Positions 1-9,206 of a stretch of 64,000 nt of DNA are shown here, in pieces. The position numbers were made by a program, and so were the translations under genes. Location of the stretch: NCBI GenBank assembly GCA_051530055.1, contig CM121341.1:18702784-18766783 (forward strand), read 5' to 3'. Numbering within the stretch: position 1 is the stretch's first letter; each line of letters opens with the position of its first letter. The stretch comes from Neoechinorhynchus agilis (Eukaryota; Animalia; Acanthocephala). The notes beneath the pieces are model-generated. The model was not told the origin of the DNA. It searched no databases and saw only the letters and a program-made list of their open reading frames with translations.

Positions 1-976
1 ATCCATTAAGGTTGTACAAGCAAACTCGCCCCTCTCATTGAGATAGGGACATGGTGTTGTATAAACTGGGTGCCTTGGACTTTGCAAACAATTCTTTGTT
101 AATGGCTTCAAATCCAATGCTAAAAGCCCCTGAAACGAAAGGAGAGAAGCTGAGTGAAATACCGACGTTGATACAAACTATTTCTTCATTTAACGAAAAC
201 GGTGGAAGTATAACCAAACGAGTGCAATGAACGGGTTGTTCGTCAAGTACGTCGTGATTTCTAGGCAAACGATAATTATTTATGTTGTATTGGATCCATC
301 ATATACCGGTACGGAGTGCGTTCGAATCCGTGGGTATGCGGGCAGATGTGATATCTCGGTTTGAATTCACAAGCTAACCGTGAAGCGAGAAGTGAATTGG
401 GCCGAGGCTCAACTCGCAGGTCAGTGTGTTTTGAGAATCCACATGGTGGATAATTGGTTATAAGAACATCAGCATACTTCTTCGCCCCGGGGCGTTCGAT
501 GAGTTGACATCTCAGCATATCGACAATCATTTCGTATTTCTTTTCATCGTAAGCCTTAACGTCCTCTGAGGATTCGAAGCAATAAATGACCGTTATTCCG
601 TCCATGGCGACGAACACCCCACGATCTTTAAGAGGATGTTTTAAGCTATTTGGCCTTGATGCTAAATCAATGTCTTGTCGTGATAAACTGGAATGATGGT
701 AAAATGTCGGCAGCGAAACTATTCGAGGCCTGCGAATGCGGGTCAATGAAAGAATTAATCTTACCTAGCGATTTCCCCCCAGTTTTCTTGGACGATATGA
801 TATCTGACGGGCATTGCCCGATGAAAAACAGTAACTGAAACGGATCGGTAATTGCGTTCACCTGGTCAACATAGTTAAAAACGCTATCTAAAACACTTAG
901 ACAATTCCCAACGAAGAGTCTAAGTTTTTAAAAGTTAAAAAATTCGCACCAATGAATGAGGTACTCACATTCGCAT
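1..976 (-). CDS. CWF19L1: CWF19-like protein 1 (multi-exon, runs off window start)
   Basis: Spliced ATG at 976 (intron 920-968, GTGAGT..TTAG) gives MRILFVGN..VFNYVDQVN..FQLLFFIG. Downstream motifs RGVFVAMDGITVIY, ADVLITNYPP, SLLASRLACEFKPRYH, FERTPYR|NHDVLDEQPVHCTRL match the N-terminal half of CWF19L1 as recalled. One internal exon junction is unresolved. Confidence 0.85.
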
Positions 977-1217
977 CTCTCAACGGAGAATCTTATCTAA
1001 AAAGTTGAAATCAGATAAAAATATACACAATGAAGTGGTTGCACTCGGATTTAAGTAGTCGATTGAGACTCGCAATTTAAATTCTTTGAATTGCGGTGAT
1101 CACAACCCCGGATAAAAGATATTTTATTTATGCCTCACTTCATCAGTCATCTGAAAACACTGGAACGGTAATTCCGCGAACTCGAGCCATACAACACAAA
1201 ACAACTAAAACTTTTTT

Positions 1218-1266
1218 AATGACTAATGAGGCGAGGCTTCCGCGCGAATTACTTCAATAAAATATG
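1218..1266 (+). ncRNA. Degenerate PLE-type hammerhead remnant
   Basis: aatga-CTAATGA-ggcgaggcttccgcgc-GAAT-tacttcaataaaatatgt aligns with the intact HHR at 26819-26875; core mutated. Confidence 0.45.
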
Positions 1267-1514
1267 TCTCATTCGAGATTATCAACACCGCAATTGAAAC
1301 TTTATCATACCCAAAGATTTTCCCTCTATGATTTAAAATTATTTGCATGGATATTGTACAAAAAAGGAGTTGCATAAATCATCAGTATTTAAAAAGGATT
1401 AATGCACAGAAAACACGGTCAAGAGTCTTTTCAATTATAATCTCAAAAACTCAAAGAAATAGTTCAAGTCGCACATTTAATCCGTCTCTCCAATATCATA
1501 GGAATTTTTCCAAC

Positions 1515-1554
1515 AAACTGATGATGAAGCCGACGGGTTTCGCACAACGTCTTT
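1515..1554 (+). ncRNA. Degenerate PLE-type hammerhead remnant
   Basis: aaa-CTGATGA-t-gaagcc/gacg/ggtttc-gcacaacgtc-ttt; the GAAA is disrupted. Stem II and the downstream tail resemble 55747-55821. Confidence 0.5.
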
Positions 1555-2010
1555 AATAACCATTTACCGAGTGTAGTCCTAAACAATAATTGCAATTTTT
1601 GTAGACTTTGCACGAAAGAAGCAATATTGATTACCACGTTTTGATCATGCACTCGACGAGTGACTAAATGCTTCAATTTTTGTTAAGCGCATACGTGTCT
1701 CAGCTGGTCACATTTATTAGTATAAATTAAGTTATTTATACGCTGCTAAACGGTTGTGGGCATTTAGCGTAGACCATCACTTTCCTGACCTAAGTCGATG
1801 AGCTGTATGCCCAAGAAATCAGACGTGTAAGATAACTTAATTTACATTAATAAATGCATCATTTGAAGTGCTTAGGAACCGGGCGGTGGGTTTCGTTAAT
1901 TTGAAACATAAACCACCGAACTTTTTTCTCATTCTGAATATTTGTTCCGTTTAAGGGCTGTATGAAAGTAATTAACCATCGACTCTTAATAAAAAATATA
2001 GTCTCCTTCC

Positions 2011-3192
2011 ATGCGATTTCGTATTAGATTTCAAATGCGTCTACGGTACAGGCGGATGGAAGATATGATAGTATTGAAAAAGGAATCGGATTTTCTCAAA
2101 GAGAGTTATCTTAACGATCAATCAGGTATGGACGAATGCTTAAAGAAGTTGCGATCGATTGCGGGTTCTTGGATCAATAGAGTCGCAGTGGAAGATAGAA
2201 TAGAAAAAGACGAAAAACGAACGCCTCAACTGAAACTATTGATTTGTGATGAACGTGCGGATAGAAACACGATTGTTACAGTAAAAGAAAACGGATTCTG
2301 GTTTGGTGACTCAAACCCAAAAAATATTTCCATTCATTTTAGCTACAAATTCGATGCTAGTAAAATCATGTTTTCAAAGGGCAACATCAACGAAAAACTT
2401 CGGATGATGAATTTAAAGATCCGAAGAAATGAAGTTATTATTGACATGTTCGCAGGTTTGTCTCATTTTTAGATTATTAACTGCATTGGTTTATACTGAA
2501 CAGGAATCGGTTACTTCACAATTCCTCTTCTGAAGAACAATAACGTAGCTCAAATTCTCCATTGAAAATAAAAACGTATATTTAAGCGCCATTGCGATTT
2601 TTGCCCTCTTTTAAGCTGTACACTTCGTTAAATCTTATAATCCACAGTCCGGAACGTGCTAAATGATATACAACTCTAACCATATTAAATATTTTTAATT
2701 TAGCTAGTGATGGAGAATTCTACGCATAAAGATGTTGTACGCCATCGACCATAATCCGGAGGCGTTAGAATGGTTAGAAAAGAATATAGGTCTCAATAAC
2801 ATCAACAACTCTAGATGTATTGGCGTGTGTGGCGAATGCCAAGAAGTAAATAAAAATTTGATTATGAACATTCGACCAATGATTTCACCTAGGTTTGTCC
2901 CGAAGATGTCGCAGATAGAATAATTCTTGGTTTAATACCGTCAAGTAAAATAGCTTGGAAAAGTGCTATTAAAGGTTTAAAGAGATCTAAATATAACCCC
3001 GGTATACTCCACGTTCACTTGGTGGAAAACACAAGCATTGACAAAAATGAGTTGTCCTCGTCAATTCTGAAGAAATTCGAAGCAATTACGAATGAAAGAC
3101 GATTTACTGTTCTACATATAGAACAGGTGAAATCGTACGCACCCAAGTTGACTCATTTTGTTGCCGATATTCAGTGTGCATACTTGGGATAA
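2011..3192 (+). CDS. TRMT12: tRNA wybutosine-synthesizing protein 2 (TYW2/TRMT12), multi-exon
   Basis: KENG..YKFDASKIMFSKGNINEKLR, EVIIDMFAG|IGYFTIP, YAIDHNPEA, ADRIILGLIPSS, GILHVH, KSYAP; short GT-AG introns; stop TAA at 3190-3192. The true start is uncertain. Confidence 0.88.
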
Positions 3193-3399
3193 AAGATATT
3201 TGATTGTTACTTCATTCTATTTCTGTTATATACGATTAAACTTAACTGTGGTAAAATATATCAAATAAGTTTTAAGAATAAAAACATTTTAAGTTTTGTT
3301 AGATTCTATTGTGTGGAATGAAATTTTGATTAAACTGACCTACACATGAATTAGCTGCAAAGGATCCCGCGTGCAATAAGTTAAAGACGCCTGGTGAGC

Positions 3400-5950
3400 G
3401 CAGAACATCGATTCCTACTGTCCCGGATGAACACCCGAACGTCGAGATCTAGTCGAACGTTGAGATCTAGTCGATTAGATTTATTTACAATACCTCGAGC
3501 AGGCATTAACAGGGAAGTGAAAAAATTTTCTTCGGAAACAAAAACTTACAAGCAATTGTGTTATCGTTAATCACACACCAAATCAAAATCACAACAGCCA
3601 CCAAATCGTTCGTATCGGTCAACACCTTGTCCCCCACGATCAACGTCGTCACACGTCCCCTCTTCCTCCTCGGCTTCATCTAAATCCTCCACCTCCTCTC
3701 TAGCACCCCGTACTGCTAGAAAAACCATAAACCCCTACCATCCTTCTACGATTACGTTTCAACGTTAGCGCCATCAAAACCTACCACCTTCTCTCCTGTA
3801 CACCGATTTTCTAGTAAAAAGCACACACTCCTACCATCCTTCAACGACTACGTTAAGCATCCCTCGCCTCGTAAATTAACTCCTCCTAAACCCCTCTCAT
3901 CCTTGCCACCACTCATCTCTCATCTGCCTAAAACCACTATTCCGCACCCTACCAAATCTGGAAATTTTCGCTTCGCCCCTCAGAAGCGAAAAACACCTTG
4001 GACGCGAACACTACCTCACCTCTTACCACCACCTTTTCAACTCCCAATATCCTCTTCCCCCCGAGTTTATCCCGCATGCACAGTTCCCACCTCTATGGTC
4101 CCTACACTCAAATCACCCCTTACAACAGTGTCTACCCACGAACCATCGGTCAACTCCCATCCCTTCTTTCTGTGCGCAGCTTCAACCCTCTCCGTCCGTG
4201 TCCACCCCTCGTGTCCCTTCTAAACATCCCTTTCCAATAATCTCTTATTCTAACATCCGCAGCCTCCTCCCCAAACTGGATGAGCTCCATATAGTTGCCT
4301 CCTCTTGCAACGCCGACATCCTTGTAATTACGGAAACATGGCTCTCACCCACAGCAAATTATTTGCTTTCCTTCCAAACTTTCAAGCTTTTCACCTCACT
4401 AGGGACTTCCGAAACGGGGGAGGCATATCGATCTTCATCCGCGCCTCTCTCCCTTACCATTGCTCTTCACCCTATCTTTTCATCTCCTACGATCTTGAAT
4501 GGCTTCACATCCAACTTCATCTCCCCCCTCCGCAATGGCCAACGTGAGATCTCTACCGCTGGCCTTTATCGCCCTCCTTCCTCAAACATCCCCAACACAC
4601 TTCAACAAATAGACCACCTATTTACTGACCTACTTTCCACTTCCTCAAATCACTTCATCATATTGGGCGATTTTAACAAACTGCCGATCCCGCCCTCGCT
4701 CTCTCATCTTTCCCAACTCGTTTTGATAAAATTTTCTCAAACATCAGGCAATATTCGTGCACTACCAAACTTCCCCCGATCGCCTCGTCGGACCATTGTT
4801 CCGTCCTTCTCTCCCCCACATCACCTCAAAAACGTTCCCTTTCCGTCCCGTACGTTGTCTGGGATAAGCGTGATCATCATACCCGCGCCTTTACTGCATG
4901 TACCAATTCTCTTATCACGCAAAACCACCCTACCATCTTTGGCCCCGACCCCTCGATTGTAATGAGCTTTTTGTTAAATCTAATATAATCTGCGATGAAG
5001 GCCTCCTTTCCTCGCAAAACAATACGAATCTCGAACCGCGACCCTCCATGGTTCTCGCCTTTTCTAAAAACCCTTCAAATCCAGGTCACCAAAGCTTTCC
5101 GCTCAGGCAATCCTACTTATCCCTCCCTCCACTCCACACTGACAAAACGCACCTGTATAGTCCGCAAATTATTTTTCTCATCTCGTCTCTCATCCGTTCC
5201 CAATCGAAATTTGTGGCGTAAAATAAAAATGTCACTGGTATTGGTAGATCTACCCCCTCCCCCTCTCCCAATCCAACGCTCCTCTTCTCTCCGAATACTG
5301 GGCGTGATTTTACAAGAAAACCTTAAGTGGGATGCCCATATTTCATTTACATTCTCTAAAGCAAACCCTCGTCTTTACCTCCTCAAACTCCTCCGGCGTC
5401 TCGGCGTTTCCCCTAAACATCTTGCCCACTTTTATCTCTCTGTCATCCTCCCTATCGTTACATACGCCTACCTCACTTTCGTCGCCCTTTCCACCAATGC
5501 TCTCCATTCCCTCAAAACCTTCCACAAGGGAGCAGCGAGAATATGCGGGACTTAACTCCCTCCCCTCGACGCCCACCTCCACTCCATTTTCTCCAAGGCG
5601 CCCGCCGTCTTCTTCAACCCCTCCACAATTTTCTTTCCTCATCTCTAAATACTCGTCCCTAGTAAACACCCGGAACCCCAACCTTTTTCATCCCCCCTCG
5701 CTCGTACCACCCTCTACCAAAAATCTTTCTTCCCTCAAGCCCAATCTTTCCTTAATAACCGGATAACAAGGAAAGACTCCTAATCTGTCATCTCCTTTAC
5801 AAAGCCTCCGATCCCACATCAACACCCCTTCAAAAACCAGTCCCACTTCCCTTGCCTGCAACATCCGTCATCCATACACCGTTTAGCAAAGATAGATGGT
5901 GACAAGTGTGTGGATCCTGCACTTTTTACATAAATAAACGTGTTTATATC
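3400..5950 (+). mobile_element. CR1-superfamily LINE, internally deleted and degraded
   Basis: APE motifs NIRSLLPKLDEL, ILVITETWL, IILGDFN, SDH; RT C-terminus LGVILQENLKWDAHI..KANPRLYLLK..FYLSVILP. The RT core is missing. The 3' end reads AATAAACGTGTTTATAT. Confidence 0.8.
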
Positions 5951-6000
5951 TCCGTGGGTGCTTGTTTATAACGAGAAAATTAAGCTAACAAGACACTTAA

Positions 6001-6043
6001 ACAAACTTGATAAAGGCACGATATTGTGCCGAAATATCGGATT
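6001..6043 (+). ncRNA. Minimal type I hammerhead, U3-A8 core variant (PLE-associated)
   Basis: TTGATAA-a-ggcac/gatatt/gtgcc-GAAA-TAT-C-ggatt. UUGAUAA is the compensatory C3U/G8A form of CUGANGA. Stem I is degenerate. Confidence 0.6.
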
Positions 6044-6069
6044 TAATACATTCCTTCAATTTTTATGCA

Positions 6070-8680
6070 GCCATGAACAAGCATGAATAGTTCAATCTTG
6101 AAACACCTTCGTGGGTCTCGACGGACGATAAGTGAACCGCTAACTGACGGTATACAAATCCCATTTACAGTCCAGCACCAAGTGCTTGACAAGTTGGCAG
6201 TCCGGATTCTTAAGATTACCATCAAATGGGATACTTGAAAGCGACGAATCAGTAGTTAAAATCCAGCCACTCCCTCTTTCTGGGACCAGACGGAATGTCG
6301 AAACATACCTGGATCCCATCTCAGCTGCCCGTGGTGTCATGGACTCAGATACATCCTGATGAAGCACAGTGGACAAGCGTCGCGAACCCAACTCTAGACG
6401 ACTTCAACGAATGTCTCCACACTTCAAAGTCCACTGGTAATGCTGCGGAGGTGATGAGAGCAGGGCTGGTTGCTACCTCCATAACCCACAATCACACACT
6501 GTCCCATGCGATCCACTCCATTTACTTAAATGAACACACGATGATGTTCGGCGTTTAAACGTCACTTTGAATGTAACATCTTCACTATACGATTACTGCT
6601 CCATATCCCACTATGGGTGTGTTCCTTAGTCTTTCGCTTCTGGGCTCCGGTGCTTCTTGTTGAGATTTTGATCAATCCAATCTGATGAGCAAATCAGCCT
6701 TCTCCTGTTGTTGCTCTTCTTAGTACTTCCTTATCTTAGGATCCTCTTCATCAATCGCCTCTTCTTTTACCTTCCCTTCATCCTCCTCGTGCCCTGCTGA
6801 TTTCTCTGCACTACATCTTTCGGATGTTCCTGTAATACATTGTTCTCAGTCCGTTCACGCTTACTCAAAAAATCACTATGAATCCTATTTTCTTTTCCAT
6901 ATTAATCTTGAACTCCGTATGACAATTGTCCGGTTCGGCGGTGATCGACAACACCTTCTTTCCACGTGTATCCCGCCCAGCCTTGAAACAACACCTTATC
7001 ATCCGGCTTAAACTGTCTCACCTTTTTATTTTCCTGTGAACTATTTCCTCTCCTCTCGATTTATCCTCTTCTCGGCCTGAGATTGTCCCAAAACATCGGT
7101 AATCTTCGGTTAATCAACACCTCAGACAGTGACTTCCTTGTTTTTGAGTGAGGTGTGTTTCGATGCATGAACGGAAAATGTTGCAGTCTCGTCTCAGTGA
7201 TCTTACCGAACTGGTCCATCGTCCGCCTTTTCAAAGTCCCCACCATTCACTCTGCTAAAGCATTGTTCTGCGGATGATATGGACTCGAACGAACTAACAC
7301 AAGGTGACGTTCAGCATTTTTGTTTCGCAATGATCACTCGTACGGATTCCTCGTTATTATCAATCTCGATATCAGTAACTAACGAATTGAATCCGGTTGT
7401 AGCCGGTTGCGGCCTTCGCGGACGTTTGTGTGGAACCTGACGGATATTAGTAGTATCGAACTGAACTAAGCTACTATTGATGGGCGCCATTAGCGAATCG
7501 AAGTGGTTGGTTAGTAGCTTTCCGAGATTTTGTACAGCAGAGCTGATTCTAAGTCGACCATTTACAAAATTTTGGCGTTAAATTGCTCCATCATTCGATC
7601 CAAATTGTCTCGTTGGACATCCGAAGATCTTGTAACAGCTATACTTGTTTATACGAACGGTATCGGCGTCTGCACGTGATGAGATTGGTTCGAAGGAGAA
7701 GTCGTATTTGTGCGGTTTTCCCATGCCGTGCCAACGTTGGCTGCAGCTAGTTGCTTCTGTTGAGCCCAGAAAACGTACTTCTTAAATTCACCACATGATT
7801 TAGCGAACGTGTAGTGACCGATTTGACCGCAATTAGCACATCTCCGGGTACTTTTCCGACAATTATCTGCAGTATGCCCCAGTGCACAGAATGGGCACGG
7901 ATTTGCTTATTAGGGCATTTCTGCGTTCAGTGGCCCCATTGTTCACATTTGTTACATCGCGGATAATGAAAATCATCGAAATGAGATATCTCATTCGCTA
8001 TAACTTTTATATGCATAGCCTGGAAAAAACAACTTTAGTCGTGAGATCGTCCCTGATGTGGGCAGGAGCCTTTACTACGGCCCGTGGAATCGGGGCGTTC
8101 GTTTTGCTCGGCTTCAGAAAAAAAATATTTGACAGTTGAATTCGTTTTCGAACTCCTTACGATCAGCTGTATCGATATGAGGAGACAATCTTGAGACAAT
8201 GAACGCCGAATCATAGTTTCCGATCGATAGGGAGATTCCTGTCATGTCGCAATTCTTGACGACGAACTCCTTAAACTGCTCAAGAAGATTTTTGTAGACA
8301 AAGTGTATTTTTAGCTTTACGCCACAGTATGAAATCGACCGAACCTGTTCATGATCGTCTTTGATTTTTTTTAGGCATGGCGATAGCAATCTCGAGTGCA
8401 AGTTTTCTCGTGGCAGAATGGGTTTTCAATCGATGAAGGCCACATGTGGCCATCTTTTGGTAGGACGATCGATGTAGCAGCAATCGTCATTTGAATTGGG
8501 TTGCATCTTGTCCGATGAGACAGGAGTCGGATCGGAACAATAAGGTTGAGGAATGGGAGGTCGTTTGCCACCCTCCGCCGCCATAACAGGTTGCGAAACC
8601 ATGACACAACTTTTAAGATGGCATGCGTTTTTTTGTATTCGATTTTCAAAAAGCTTTATTGAACGCGTCGTACAATTATA
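6070..8680 (-). mobile_element. Degraded I-group-like LINE (ORF1 with three zinc knuckles; ORF2 remnant)
   Basis: Minus-strand ORF1 remnants RCNKCEQWGH, CPFCALGHTADNC and RCANCGQIGH at about 7780-7960. An ORF2 C-terminal CCHC-like segment (NPDCQLVKHLVLDC) lies at about 6150-6250. Confidence 0.55.
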
Positions 8681-8814
8681 AACGAAATACATCCGGTCGA
8701 GAAAATAGCTAACAAAATCAACAAATATCGAGAAAATAGCTGACAAAATCAACAAATAATAAAGACATTCGGTTGAGCAAACCGATTCCGCCAGCTGGAT
8801 TTGTACATTTCGTA

Positions 8815-8905
8815 GTTGTGCGGAGGTGGTCCAGTAGACTCGTGCCCCGGATACCTATTTCAGGGTCAGGAGTTCGAATCCACGATCGCTAATGACGCAC
8901 AACCA
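8815..8905 (+). promoter_or_regulatory. tRNA-derived Pol III type-2 promoter head (A box and B box)
   Basis: A-box-like TGGTCCAGTAG and B-box-like GGAGTTCGAATCC, enclosed by the stem GTTGTGCG/CGCACAAC. No canonical cloverleaf. Confidence 0.7.
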
Positions 8906-8907
8906 AA

Positions 8908-8971
8908 GGGGACGAAATACCGCTGAAGGGAGGAAACTCACTGATGAGTCCCGCCCCTGGAGGTATCTGAG
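8908..8971 (+). ncRNA. Non-circularly permuted hammerhead ribozyme (intact core)
   Basis: gggac(8909-13)-GAAA-tacc ... ctca-CTGATGA(8941-47)-gtccc ... ggta-T-C(8967)-tgag. Stems II, III and I and all core nucleotides are present. Confidence 0.75.
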
Positions 8972-9206
8972 GATCCGGAGAAATGCACGAACTCTTAACT
9001 TTTCATCCGAGTTAAAGAGGTAACATCACTTCTCTGATGTAAAATAAAAAACAAAGTTCCTCCGACCGCCGAAATTGCTAATGCACATCAATAGTCATAT
9101 ATATACATCCGGCATCAACAAATAAAAAAATAAAGGAGCTTTTGGTGATTCGTGCTACATTGCAGCATCCAATTTTAAGAATTTACGTAGATTAACAAAC
9201 TCTTGT

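Larger units (their letters stand above)
8687..9112 (+). mobile_element. tRNA-headed permuted-hammerhead repeat, copy A (complete monomer)
   Basis: Leader, tRNA-like head, HHR and tail are shared with copies at 18743-18928, 19728-19918, 31254-33213 and 52326-52462. ATACATCCGG occurs at both ends (8687, 9103). A 31-bp internal tandem duplication lies at about 8698-8759. Confidence 0.85.

Noticed and set aside
3403-3445. GATTCCTACTGTCCC, a 28S-like word or HDV-like ribozyme at the LINE 5' end
   Set aside because: The match is only about 15 nt, and an attempted HDV fold lacks P1, P1.1 and P4.
5343-5681. Antisense or overlapping ORFs in the track (also 32167-32484, 45019-46443, 49303-49900, 53244-53766)
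   Set aside because: These are shadow frames of TE or host coding sequence, or of low-complexity repeats, with no independent motifs.
8815-8905. Functional tRNA gene
   Set aside because: A and B boxes are present, but no consistent D arm, anticodon arm or acceptor stem could be built, and it is part of a repeat.
8922-8953. Conventional type I reading: CUGAAGG..GAAA-CUCA/cuga/UGAG-UC
   Set aside because: A9 is missing, there is no stem II and stem I has only 1 bp. The permuted reading satisfies all helices.
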